Positions 36,111 to 45,524 of a stretch of DNA of 64,000 nucleotides are shown piece by piece (within the stretch, counting starts at the first letter, position 1; each line of letters begins with the position of its first letter). This DNA is from Candidatus Rokuibacteriota bacterium (GTDB lineage Bacteria; Methylomirabilota; Methylomirabilia; Rokubacteriales; CSP1-6): NCBI GenBank assembly GCA_003221695.1, contig QHSX01000039.1, forward strand, positions 93,637 through 157,636. The letters are read 5' to 3'. The position numbers and the translations under genes are program-made. Below the pieces are notes generated by a model, which was not told the origin of the DNA, searched no databases, and saw nothing but the letters and a program-made list of their open reading frames with translations.

Positions 36111-38270
36111 TCAGCGCCGCGGCGGTCGACGCGGCTGTATCCGTGTCACACGGAGCGTGGCCAGGCGTCGCCAGCGCCGGGCCTGGCCGGGTCGCCGCGC
36201 CTGCTCCCAGTGATGCGCGATGAGGGCGGCACACTCCCCGAGCCGCTCGGCAAACACCTCTTCGAGGGCTCGTGCCACCGCGGCGTGCAGCGCGATGCGC
36301 TGCTCGAGGAGTTGCGATCCATAGGCGACCTCCTGGGTGAGCGGATGGCGGAAGACGTACTCGCTCTCAGTTTCGCCGCGGATGAATTCCACATGCTCGA
36401 GCATCGCGAGCGACCTGTCGACCTCGCCGGTGGGGAGACCGACGATGGATCGTAGGATAAGCCCGGAGAAGCGCTTGCCGATGACGGCCGCGGTTTGGAG
36501 CACGAGCTTGTCGCTGTCCGCGAGAGCGTCCACGCGTGCCGCGAGTAACGACTGCACCGTGGCGGGGACGTCGAGGTCGGCAGCTGAGCTCGTCCGGCGG
36601 TACGCTCCGCGCTCCCCAGCCAGGGCGCCCGATGCGGCGAGCGCGTGTACGACCTCTTCGATGAAGAACGGATTACCCTGCGTGCGCTCGCGGATCAGCT
36701 CGCGGAGCTCGACGACGCTCGGATCGTGGCCGAGGAGGTCGCTGATCATCTCGCGCGTCGCTTCGCGCCCGAGCGGTGCGACGGAAAGCTGCTGGTAGTA
36801 CGAGCGACCCATCCATGCGGCGTGGAACTCCGGCCGGAAGTTCAACAGGAGCAATGCCCGCGTCGTGCTGGCCACGTCGGCGAGCTCCGCAAGCAGCCGT
36901 TCGCTCTGCGGGTCGATCCAGTGGGCATCGTCGAGATGGACCACGAACGCACCGGCGGCGCCGCGGGCACGGAGCAGGCGTCGGAGTAAGCCTGCGACCG
37001 CACGCTCCTGCGCGAGGGGATCTCCCGCCGGCTCTGCCGAAGATGGATCCGACACGGCGAGGAGGTCGTGGGCGAGCGGCAGCGCGTCGACGAGCGAGGG
37101 GTCGAGCGCGACGAGACGTTCCGAGATCCTCTCACGTGCCAGATCCGGCTCCGCGTCCTGATTCACGCCGAGGGCGCCACGCAGGAGCTCGCGCAGCACG
37201 CCAAGGGGAGCCGTCCGTGCGTGCGACAGGCAGTGCACCTCGACGACGGGGAGGCTGCGTGAACGACAACGCTCGACGAACTCCTGGCACAGACGGCTCT
37301 TGCCGACGCCCGCCGCGCCCACGACACCCATCGCGAGGCCGTGCCCATCGAGTGCACGTCGCAGGCCGGCGTCGAGCGCGGTCAACTCGTCGCCGCGACC
37401 GACGAACCGCGTGAGACCGCGTGCGGCTGCCGCCTGGAATCGGGTTCGTGCCGTGCCTGCCCCGATCACCTCGTAGGCGTCGACCCCTTCGCTCAGACCC
37501 TTGATGGCCAGCGGGCCAAGCGATTTGACGGTGACAAAGCCCTCCGCCAGTCGCATCGTGTCGGCGGTGACGAGAATTGAACCCGGCAGCGCCGCCTGTT
37601 CCATCCGCGCGGCGAGGTGCGTCGTCTGACCGACTGCCGTGTAATCCATGTGGAGGTCGCTTCCGATCGAGCGGACGACGACCTCGCCCGAGTGCAGGCC
37701 GATCCGGACGTGGATCGGGATGTCTTCGACGCGCTGTCTCTCGACCGCGTATCGCTTGACCGACTCTTGCATTCTCAACGCCGCGTAGCAGGCCCGCACC
37801 GCGTGATCCTCGTGGGCAAGTGGCGCGCCAAAGAGCGCCATGACCCCATCGCCCATCACCTGGTTGACCGTTCCCTCATAGCGATGCACCGCTTCCATCA
37901 TTCGTTCAAGGACAGGATCGAGAATCTTGCGCGCTTCTTCAGGGTCACGATCGGCGAGCAGCTCCATCGAGCCCTTGAGGTCGGCAAAGAGCACCGTCAC
38001 CTGCTTGCGCTCACCCTCCAGGGCGCTCTTCGACGTGAGAATCTTTTCGGCGAGGTGCTTCGGGGTGTAGGACTCCGGGACAGCGAAACGTGCCGGCCCG
38101 GGACCGGCCGCTCCAGGGGGGGCAAGGAGCACTCCGCAGCCATCGCAGAACTTGCTTCCAGCCTCCACGTCGGCACCACAGCTCGAACAGACGTGAGCGA
38201 AGGTCGCCCCGCACTCTCGGCAGAATCGTGCCGCTTCACGGTTCTCCGCTTGGCACCGGCGGCACTTCAT
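36111..38270 (-). CDS. Class III adenylate/guanylate cyclase with N-terminal zinc ribbons and AAA_16-type ATPase domain; apparently C-terminally truncated
   Basis: CxxC x4 N-terminus; cyclase core (VTVLFADLKGS...GDGVMALFG); Walker A GAAGVGKS; ends in an Arg-rich tail just where TPR repeats normally start. Confidence 0.75.
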   Translation of the reverse strand: MKCRRCQAENREAARFCRECGATFAHVCSSCGADVEAGSKFCDGCGVLLAPPGAAGPGPARFAVPESYTPKHLAEKILTSKSALEGERKQVTVLFADLKGSMELLADRDPEEARKILDPVLERMMEAVHRYEGTVNQVMGDGVMALFGAPLAHEDHAVRACYAALRMQESVKRYAVERQRVEDIPIHVRIGLHSGEVVVRSIGSDLHMDYTAVGQTTHLAARMEQAALPGSILVTADTMRLAEGFVTVKSLGPLAIKGLSEGVDAYEVIGAGTARTRFQAAAARGLTRFVGRGDELTALDAGLRRALDGHGLAMGVVGAAGVGKSRLCQEFVERCRSRSLPVVEVHCLSHARTAPLGVLRELLRGALGVNQDAEPDLARERISERLVALDPSLVDALPLAHDLLAVSDPSSAEPAGDPLAQERAVAGLLRRLLRARGAAGAFVVHLDDAHWIDPQSERLLAELADVASTTRALLLLNFRPEFHAAWMGRSYYQQLSVAPLGREATREMISDLLGHDPSVVELRELIRERTQGNPFFIEEVVHALAASGALAGERGAYRRTSSAADLDVPATVQSLLAARVDALADSDKLVLQTAAVIGKRFSGLILRSIVGLPTGEVDRSLAMLEHVEFIRGETESEYVFRHPLTQEVAYGSQLLEQRIALHAAVARALEEVFAERLGECAALIAHHWEQARRPGQARRWRRLATLRVTRIQPRRPPRR

Positions 38271-38291
38271 GCCGAGTCGGCGACGAACCGA

Positions 38292-39329
38292 CTACCCTCG
38301 CCTGATCTCCTTGGTGACGGCCTGAGAGCTTCGACTGCTGGACCAGCCGGGGATGTAGGCCGAGAAGGCGCCGGCCCGGCCGCCGGCGGCGACCACAAGA
38401 ATCTCGTCGGGCGAGGCGACGAGGCAGCGCAGCTTCGTCTCGTCGCCGGGCTGGATCGGGCCGGCCATACGCTGCGTGCGCTTGAGATGCGCGTGGGAGT
38501 TTTGCGTGTGCTCCCAGACGAACTGTCGTATGCGCTTCTTGTCCCAGCCGTCACCGGCGATCGTCCGCATGTGCTCGCCGGCGAGCACGAGCGCGTAGTG
38601 TGGCTGCCCCATCACGTTCCCCGAGATCCGCATGTCGTCGCACAACGTGGTGAGCACCCCTTCGGCGGTGTTGGAGAGCTGGTTGTAGAACTGGTGGGGC
38701 GCCTCCGCCGCCATCACGGTGACCGTGGACTGGTCGGCGCGAAAGCCGCGCTCGACGTGGAGCGGGGTCCACGGACTCTCCGCCTCGTTCTCCGCGATCA
38801 CGTACGAGAGCTTGCCCGGGTGGCCGAGGGTTCCGCGATCGAGCGTCCCGGGCATGGAGCCGCAGACGTTTCGCATCACGAGACGCACCGCGCGGCCGAT
38901 CGTGAGGTTCGCGCGCCAGCCGGGGCCGAAGAGGTTGTCGCCCGCGTTGACGTCGAGCTCGCGGGCGATCGGCCCGTTGACGATCATCAGCACGCCCGCG
39001 CCCGCCGTGGACGTCCCGGGGCCGTGGTAGCTCCAGCGTGGGTCGGCGATCCCCTCGACCGCCGCGACGACCACGGGCATGAAGTCGGGCGTGCAGCCCG
39101 CCATCACCGCATTGATCGCGACCTTCTCCGCCGTGATCGAGACCGCACGATGGGCGACGAAGCCGATCTCCTGCGTCGGGTCGAGCCGCGCACCCGCCAG
39201 CATCGCGCCGACGCGGTCGGCTGTCGGCGGTACGGCGGGCAAGCCGTCGGTCCAGCCCTGCCGGAAGCAGAACTCGATGGCGTCGCCGTCTTCGACTTGG
39301 TGGCGCGTGGCGGTGAGCTGAGCCGGCAT
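38292..39329 (-). CDS. Uncharacterised conserved protein (~345 aa), a free-standing paralog of the C-terminal domain of the UGSC fusion protein
   Basis: Shares GW(T/S)DG(L/M)P..PPTA(D/E)RV, IGRAVRL, TLGHPGK.SY, AENEAESPW.PLHVERGF blocks with 39451..40450; no recognisable known family. Confidence 0.6.
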   Translation of the reverse strand: MPAQLTATRHQVEDGDAIEFCFRQGWTDGLPAVPPTADRVGAMLAGARLDPTQEIGFVAHRAVSITAEKVAINAVMAGCTPDFMPVVVAAVEGIADPRWSYHGPGTSTAGAGVLMIVNGPIARELDVNAGDNLFGPGWRANLTIGRAVRLVMRNVCGSMPGTLDRGTLGHPGKLSYVIAENEAESPWTPLHVERGFRADQSTVTVMAAEAPHQFYNQLSNTAEGVLTTLCDDMRISGNVMGQPHYALVLAGEHMRTIAGDGWDKKRIRQFVWEHTQNSHAHLKRTQRMAGPIQPGDETKLRCLVASPDEILVVAAGGRAGAFSAYIPGWSSSRSSQAVTKEIRRG

Positions 39330-39450
39330 GTCGTCCTCCCCTTTGCGGTTGGCGCCACGCTACCACCGCGGCGACCGCAGGTGCAACTGGAAGGCGTGGC
39401 GCCGGGCGACCGCGGGCCCGGCGGCGCTCGATCGGATGCCCGCCTGTCGC

Positions 39451-41040
39451 TCAGTCGCCGATGGTGACGGTGACCGAGCGCGTGGCCCCGAAGGTCGGGA
39501 TGATCGCGGAATGTTTGCCCGGCCCTCCGGCGACGATCACCATGAGGTCGTCCGGGCTGGCGCAGAGCGCCACGTCCTCCGCGAGGAGCCGTCCCCTGAA
39601 GCGCTCGGGGTCGATCACCCCGAAGCGCTGGCGATTCTCCGGACTGAAGCGGTCGAGCCTCACGCGGGCGCGCTCCCAGATCGCCCGCTTGACGTCGGCC
39701 TTGGACCAGCCCGAGTCCGCGAACGTTCGCGCGTGCTCTGGGCCGAGGACGACGAGCGGCTCACCGCCGAGATAGACGTCGTTGCTCCCCGTCGTCGCCG
39801 CGGTGCCCGCGATCGCGAAGAGGAGCGCCTCGGCACTCGTCGAGCCGTGGTCGTTCACGTTGTGGGGCGCCTCCGAGCCGCACACGGTGACGCAACTCTC
39901 CGTCGCCCCGAACCCACGCTCGACGTGGAGCGGCGCCCACGGGCTCTCCGCCTCGTTCTCGGCCAGGCAGTACGAGTACTTCCCCGGATGGCCGAGTGTC
40001 GCCCGGTCCTCCCGTCCCGGCCGCGCGCCGCCGATATTCTGGAGGGTCAGGCGCACGGCGCGACCGATCACCGCGTTGGCGCGGTGGCCCTGGCCGAGCG
40101 CATTGGCGCCGGCGTTGATCGCGAGGTACCTCACGATCGGACCGTTGACGATGAGGAGTGGCGTGCACGGGTGCGTCGTCGTCTGGATCGCGTTCAGGTT
40201 GAAGCGCGGGTCGGCGAGCGCGCGGATCGCGGCGACGACGACCGGCAGGTGCTCGGGCAGGGCGCCCGCCAGCGCAAGGTTGGCCGCGATCGTCTCCAAG
40301 GTCGCCACGCCCCGGCGGGGTGCCAGCGTCGCGATCACCTCGGCGCGACGGGCCGCGAGGGCGCCGAGGATGCGCTCGACGCGCTCCGCCGTCGGTGGGA
40401 GCACGGGCATCCCGTCCGACCAGCCCTCGGTGAGGGCGAAGTCCTGGAAGAGGTCGATGTCCGCCGGCGCCCTGGCGATCGTGGTGGGGGTGGCCGACGT
40501 CAGCGCAGGCGGCGCGGGGTCGCGCGTGAGCGCGGCGATCACGCGATCGACGGCGTCGTCGGCCTTCGCGCGGGCGAGCTTCGGGTCGATACCCCCGAGC
40601 GGGTGCGGCACCGCGACGAGCCGGAGGTGCGGCACGCCGAGCGCCGCCGCGGCGGCCTCGGCGAGCGAGGCGAAGGCGTCGGTGCCCAGCACGGCGACCG
40701 GGACGCCGCGCGCCTCGATCTCCGCCGCGTCGTGGAAACTCCACGACGTGCAGGACCCTCAGTCGGCGGAGCCTGTGAGGACGACGTCCGACCCGGCGAC
40801 GACCTCGGCGATCACCGTCGCGGGGCGTGACGCGCCTGGCTTCCGCCATACGGTGACCGGCCCGGCGCCCGCGCGCTCGACGAGCAGCTCCGCGACCCGG
40901 CCGAGCAGCACCTCGGCGTTGGGCTTCGAGTTGTCGAGGATGCCGACGCGGAGGCCGGCGAGGCTCCCGCCGCGCCGTGCGGGCGGCTTGACCTCGCCGG
41001 TCGTGGCGCCGAGCGGGCTCAGGACGTCGACGCGGCTCAT
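39451..41040 (-). CDS. Fusion selenoprotein (529 aa): N-terminal UGSC-motif domain (Sec at TGA 40759-40761) joined to the ~340-aa uncharacterised domain
   Basis: The two track ORFs 40759..41040 and 39451..40692 share a frame; the 66-nt gap after the TGA has no stop; read-through gives ...VVLTGSAD-U-GSCTSWSFHDAAEIEARGVPVAVLGTDAF...; ATG 41040 immediately follows the MFS stop. Confidence 0.75.
40728..40748 (-). promoter_or_regulatory. Candidate SECIS hairpin for the UGSC fusion selenoprotein
   Basis: CGUCGUGG-AGUUU-CCACGACG, a perfect 8-bp stem starting 10 nt after the UGA. Confidence 0.5.
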
Positions 41041-42212
41041 CGCCCGGGAGTATAAGCCCGCGCGCGGCCGACCGCGAGGCCGGCCACCGCCGCGCCTGCG
41101 ACCGCGAGGGCGGCGAGCGTGAGTGCCTCGGCGAACGCCGGCTGGAGGCCGACGACCGCCCGGCGCGCGGCGAAGACCGCCGCGAGGATCGTGACGCCCG
41201 TGACGACACCGACCGTCCGCGCCAGGAACGTGAGCCCTCCTGCCGCGCCCGCGTGGCGCGCGGGGAACGCCGCCATCACGCTCGCCATGTTCGGCACCTG
41301 GAAGAGGCCGAGCCCGAACCCGGCCGCGCCGAGCGCGAGCGCGACCGCGGCGAGCGGCGTCGCCGCATCAGCGCGGCTCAGCGCGCCGAGCCCGACCGCC
41401 TCGAGGGCGAGCCCCGCCACCATCGGCGCGCGGGCGCCCAGGCGATCGTTGAGCCACCCCGCGAACGGGGCCGCCGCCGCGGTGCCGAGCGGCGTCAGCA
41501 TGAAGAGCACGCCGCCTGCCGAGGCCGACAGGCCCCGCACGCCGACGATGTAGAAGGGCGCCAGGAGCCAGATCGCGAAGATCGCTCCGTTGGCGACGAA
41601 GGACAGCCCGCTCGCGGTGAGGACCGGGGAGCGCAGGACGTCGCGCGCCGCGACGAGCGGGTGCGTGGATGCGCGCTCCCCGCGCCAGCGCACCAGCAGC
41701 GCCCAGGCGAGCGCGGCGAGCCCCGCCGGGACGCGCGCATGGAAGACCGCGCGCCAGCCGAGGGCGTCGATCAGGACGCCCGCGAGCACGGGCCCGGACG
41801 CGAAGCCGAGACCGATCGCCGCGTTGAGGAAACCGAGCCGGCGGCCGTGCAGGGACGCGGCGGCGCCGAGCGTTGCGAGCGCGGGCGCCGTGCCGTAGAC
41901 GAGCCCCCCCGCGACCCCCTGCACCGCGCGCCCGACGAGGAGGAGAGGGAAGCTCGGCGCGAGACCGCAGAGGGCGAAACCGGCGACGGAGAGGGCAAGC
42001 CCCGCGCGGAACACGGGCACGTGGCCGATACGATCCGCCGCCGCGCCGGCGACGAACGACATGACGGCGTAGCTGCCGGTGTAGCAGATGATGACCCAGC
42101 GCACCCGCTCGGGCGGGGCGCCGAAGGCGGCGGCCATCGCCGGAAACGCGATGTTGACCATGGAGTCGAGCGAGACGACGAAGGCGCCCGCAGCCGCGAC
42201 CCAGCGCACCAT
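41037..42212 (-). CDS. MFS transporter
   Basis: 391 aa from MVRWVAAAGAF...; 12-TM profile; stop TGA abuts the ATG of the UGSC fusion gene. Confidence 0.8.
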   Translation of the reverse strand: MVRWVAAAGAFVVSLDSMVNIAFPAMAAAFGAPPERVRWVIICYTGSYAVMSFVAGAAADRIGHVPVFRAGLALSVAGFALCGLAPSFPLLLVGRAVQGVAGGLVYGTAPALATLGAAASLHGRRLGFLNAAIGLGFASGPVLAGVLIDALGWRAVFHARVPAGLAALAWALLVRWRGERASTHPLVAARDVLRSPVLTASGLSFVANGAIFAIWLLAPFYIVGVRGLSASAGGVLFMLTPLGTAAAAPFAGWLNDRLGARAPMVAGLALEAVGLGALSRADAATPLAAVALALGAAGFGLGLFQVPNMASVMAAFPARHAGAAGGLTFLARTVGVVTGVTILAAVFAARRAVVGLQPAFAEALTLAALAVAGAAVAGLAVGRARAYTPGR

Positions 42213-42296
42213 GCGCCGCGTATCATGACACGGCTTGCGGTTCCCGCTCGTTCCGGCAGTGCGAGCCGCAGGCGAGGCGAGTCTATAATCCTCATC

Positions 42297-42695
42297 ATGG
42301 ACCTCGAGCCCGGCGCCACCGCCGAAGTCACCACGACCGTCGGCCCTGACCGCACGGCGCACGCCATGGGGAACCACGGCGTCCACGTCTTCGCCACGCC
42401 CTTCGTCATCGGGCTCCTCGAGGACGCCGCGGCCGCGGTGCTCCGGCCCCACCTGCCGCCGGGCGCGGGCACGGTCGGCACGATGGTCGAGATGAAGCAC
42501 CTCGCGGCGACGCCGGTGGGCATGAAGGCGCGCGCCAAGGCGACGCTGCTCGAGACCGACGGCAAGCGGTTTCTCTTCGCCGTCGAGGCGTGGGACGAGA
42601 AGGACAAGATCGCCGAGGGGCGACACGAGCGGTTCGTCGTCCCGGACCTCCAGAAGTTCCTCGCGCGCGCCATGGGCAAGAAGGCCGGCGGCTGA
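42297..42695 (+). CDS. Hotdog-fold thioesterase (PaaI/FlK-like)
   Basis: 132 aa; thioesterase-superfamily pattern ...GNHGVHVFATPFVIGLLEDAA... Confidence 0.6.
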   Translation: MDLEPGATAEVTTTVGPDRTAHAMGNHGVHVFATPFVIGLLEDAAAAVLRPHLPPGAGTVGTMVEMKHLAATPVGMKARAKATLLETDGKRFLFAVEAWDEKDKIAEGRHERFVVPDLQKFLARAMGKKAGG

Positions 42696-43150
42696 TGCCG
42701 ATCCAGGTCAACACGTCCGTCGTCGGCAAGGAGTACCCGCCCTTCCCGGTGACGGTGGAGCGCGGGAAGATCAAGGACTTCGCGCGAGCCATCGGCGATC
42801 TGAATCCGTTCTATCTGGACGATCGAGTCGGAGCGGCCTCCGAGTGGGGCGATGTGATAGCGCCGCCGACCTTTGCCGTGACCTTCCGCGACGAGCGCGC
42901 GGACGCGGGCGCGCTGCTCCGCGATCTCGGCGTCGACATCGCGCGCGTGCTCCACGGCGAGCAGGAGTTCGAGATCGTCCGGCAGCTCACCCCGGGTGAG
43001 ACGTACCTCTGCCGGACGAAGGTCGTGGACATCTACGAGAAGACCGGCAAGAGCGGCCCCATGGCGTTCGTCGTTCGTGAGACCGCGATCACCGACCGGA
43101 CGAACGAGATCGTCGCCACCATGCGAAACGTCATGGTGATCCGGCTCTGA
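42695..43150 (+). CDS. MaoC/FAS1-like dehydratase, N-terminal-type hotdog subunit
   Basis: 151 aa; ATGA overlap with the upstream gene; paired with the following MaoC subunit. Confidence 0.65.
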   Translation: MPIQVNTSVVGKEYPPFPVTVERGKIKDFARAIGDLNPFYLDDRVGAASEWGDVIAPPTFAVTFRDERADAGALLRDLGVDIARVLHGEQEFEIVRQLTPGETYLCRTKVVDIYEKTGKSGPMAFVVRETAITDRTNEIVATMRNVMVIRL

Positions 43151-43157
43151 CGGGCCG

Positions 43158-43592
43158 ATGAAGTACGCGAAGGTCTCCTTCGAGGACGTCACGGTCGGCG
43201 ACGAGCTGCCGCCGCTCCACAAGGGCCCGATCGAGCAGATCCAGCTCACCCGCTACGCCGGTGCCTCGGGCGACTTCAACCCGATCCATCAGGACGACGC
43301 GTTCGCGCGGGCGGCCGGCATGGGCGGCGTCTTCGCGCACGGCATGCTGTCGATGGGCTTCGTCGCCCAGGCGCTGACCGACTGGGCGGGCGTCGGCACC
43401 GTGCGCAAGCTCGGCGTCCGCTTCGCCGCGCTCGTGCGGCTCCGAGACGTCGTGACCTGCCGGGGGCGCGTCCTCGCGAAGTCGTCGAAGGACGACGTCC
43501 ACACGGTCGAGCTCGAGGTGTGGGCGGAGAATCAGCGCGGTGAGAAGGTCGTCTCCGGGCGGGCGACCCTCGCCCTCGCCGCACGCGCCTGA
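43158..43592 (+). CDS. MaoC-like (R)-specific enoyl-CoA hydratase subunit
   Basis: 144 aa; GDFNPIHQDDAFA motif. Confidence 0.75.
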   Translation: MKYAKVSFEDVTVGDELPPLHKGPIEQIQLTRYAGASGDFNPIHQDDAFARAAGMGGVFAHGMLSMGFVAQALTDWAGVGTVRKLGVRFAALVRLRDVVTCRGRVLAKSSKDDVHTVELEVWAENQRGEKVVSGRATLALAARA

Positions 43593-43598
43593 CCCCGA

Positions 43599-44144
43599 CT
43601 AGCCCCCGGGCACCTCGCCCCGCGCGGCGACCCACTCACGGAGCGCGTCGCGCGTGGACGGGAACGCGAGCTCCCCCCACGGGATCTCGGCCGGCCGCAT
43701 CCACTCGAGCGCGTCGTTCTCGTCGCACGTCGTCAGCGCGCCGCCGGTGACGCGCGCCCGGTAGACGACGATCACGGGCGCCCCCGGATACGTGTACACG
43801 TTGTGCAGCCCCGTGAGGTCCACCTTGAGGCCCGTCTCCTCGAACGTCTCCCGCACGGCGGCGTCGGTCACGCTCTCGCCGAAATCGACGAAGCCGCCGG
43901 GGAACGTCCAGAGTCCGCGCCCGGGATTGATCGATCGGCGCGTCAATAAAATCGTGCCATCCTGCTCGGGGAGCGTGGCGCCAACGACCTTTGGGTTCAG
44001 GTAGAAGACGAACCGGCAGCGCGAGCACACGTGCTGCTCGCGCTGGTCCGGCGGGACCGGCTCGCGGACGGTCGGGGCGCCGCAGAGCGGGCAGAAGCGG
44101 ACCGTGTGCGGCCCGAGGACGCCTGGCGCGGGGTCGTCGCTCAC
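43599..44144 (-). CDS. NUDIX hydrolase with N-terminal zinc ribbon (NudC-like)
   Basis: CPLCGAP...CSRC zinc ribbon; NUDIX box GGFVDFGESVTDAAVRETFEETG. Confidence 0.8.
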   Translation of the reverse strand: MSDDPAPGVLGPHTVRFCPLCGAPTVREPVPPDQREQHVCSRCRFVFYLNPKVVGATLPEQDGTILLTRRSINPGRGLWTFPGGFVDFGESVTDAAVRETFEETGLKVDLTGLHNVYTYPGAPVIVVYRARVTGGALTTCDENDALEWMRPAEIPWGELAFPSTRDALREWVAARGEVPGG

Positions 44145-44247
44145 GTGCCCGAGTCTAGCACCGCGGCCTACCTTGACACTCGACGCGGCCGGGTGCTACA
44201 ACCCGGCCGTCGCCTCGAAGCGGCTCCGACAAACCAGGAGGTTCCGT

Positions 44248-45510
44248 ATGCGTCGCCGGACCATCGTCGTCACCACGCTCGCCGTCGTCCTCGGCGCCAG
44301 CGTCGCCCACGGCGAGACGCTCTCGGGCGAGTACAAGGTCGGCGTGCTCGAGCCTCTCACCGGCGCGCTCGCGGGCGAGGGCAAGCGCCACCTCGAGGGG
44401 TACGAGATCGTACGCGACCTGATCAACGAGCGCGGCGGCGTCATGGGCAAGAAGCTCGTGTTCGTGGTGGCCGACGCCCCCGACCCCACCGCCGCGGCGA
44501 GCGAGGCGAACCGCCTGATCACGCGCGAAGGGGTGAAGATCATCACCGGCACGTTCTCGTCGCGGCTCTGCGGCGCGGCGAGCGAAGCGGCTGCGCGTCA
44601 CGACGTCATCTACTGGGAGACCTCGTGCGTCGACCCGCGGTTCAACAAGCGCGGCCTCGCGACCGTCTTTCGCACCGAGATCGATGCCACCGGCTTCGGC
44701 TGGTACAACATCGAGTTCATCGCCAAGCACCTCGCCCCCCGCTTCAACCTGAAGCCGAACCAGCTCAAGATCGCCTTCCTCTCGGAGGACTCCTCGTACG
44801 GCCAGGGCGTGACGGAGTCGGCGCGGCTCCGGGCGAAGCAGGAGTTCGGGATGCAGGAGGTGGCGGCCGAGTACTACTCCTTCACCTCCATCAACGACTT
44901 CACGCCGATCATCACCCGGTTCAAGCAGCTCAACCCCGACGTGGTCCACCACATCGGCTACACCAACGACGCGCCGCTCTTCTGGCGCCAGGCCCGCGAG
45001 CAGAACTTCCTCTTCAAGGCGCTCGTCCACGCGGGCGCGACCGGGTACGGCTCACCCGACTTCGGCCGGGCCCTCGGCAACGACGCCAACGGCGTCTTCG
45101 CGCTGCTCGAGCCGGGCCCCGGTTTCCGCCTCGAGGCGCTCAAGCCCGAGGGCCAGAAGCTCGAACGCGAGTTCCGCGAGGCCGTCCAGAAGCGGACCGG
45201 CTCCTACCCGCTCGGTGGCCACCAGCTCGCCGGGAGCGGGCTCTGGCTCCTCAAGGTCGTGCTCGATCGGGCGAAGAGCGACGACCTCGCCAAGTTCCGC
45301 GACGCCGTGATGTCGCTCGATCTCCCCGTCGGCTCGATGATCAACGGCTGGGGCGTGAAGTTCGATGCGAACGGCCAGAATTCGAACGCGCGGGTCCAGC
45401 ACTACATGCTCCAGTGGCAGAACGGCCAGCTCGTCACGGTCTGGCCGGAGGAGTTCACGACGAACCGGGCGAAGTGGATTCCGCTCGGCGCCTGGGACGC
45501 GCGCAAATAG
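44248..45510 (+). CDS. Branched-chain amino-acid ABC transporter substrate-binding protein (LivJ/K family)
   Basis: Signal peptide MRRRTIVVTTLAVVLGASVAHG; type-I periplasmic binding fold. Confidence 0.8.
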   Translation: MRRRTIVVTTLAVVLGASVAHGETLSGEYKVGVLEPLTGALAGEGKRHLEGYEIVRDLINERGGVMGKKLVFVVADAPDPTAAASEANRLITREGVKIITGTFSSRLCGAASEAAARHDVIYWETSCVDPRFNKRGLATVFRTEIDATGFGWYNIEFIAKHLAPRFNLKPNQLKIAFLSEDSSYGQGVTESARLRAKQEFGMQEVAAEYYSFTSINDFTPIITRFKQLNPDVVHHIGYTNDAPLFWRQAREQNFLFKALVHAGATGYGSPDFGRALGNDANGVFALLEPGPGFRLEALKPEGQKLEREFREAVQKRTGSYPLGGHQLAGSGLWLLKVVLDRAKSDDLAKFRDAVMSLDLPVGSMINGWGVKFDANGQNSNARVQHYMLQWQNGQLVTVWPEEFTTNRAKWIPLGAWDARK

Positions 45511-45524
45511 ACGTCCTCGCGCAG

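Noticed and set aside
8297-40761. The four in-frame TGA codons could be interpreted as authentic stops, frameshifts or pseudogenes
   Set aside because: Each aligns precisely with a catalytic Cys position or a UxxC motif. The flanking frames are intact and homologous on both sides. Each has a downstream hairpin at SECIS-like spacing. Selenocysteine recoding is the simpler explanation.
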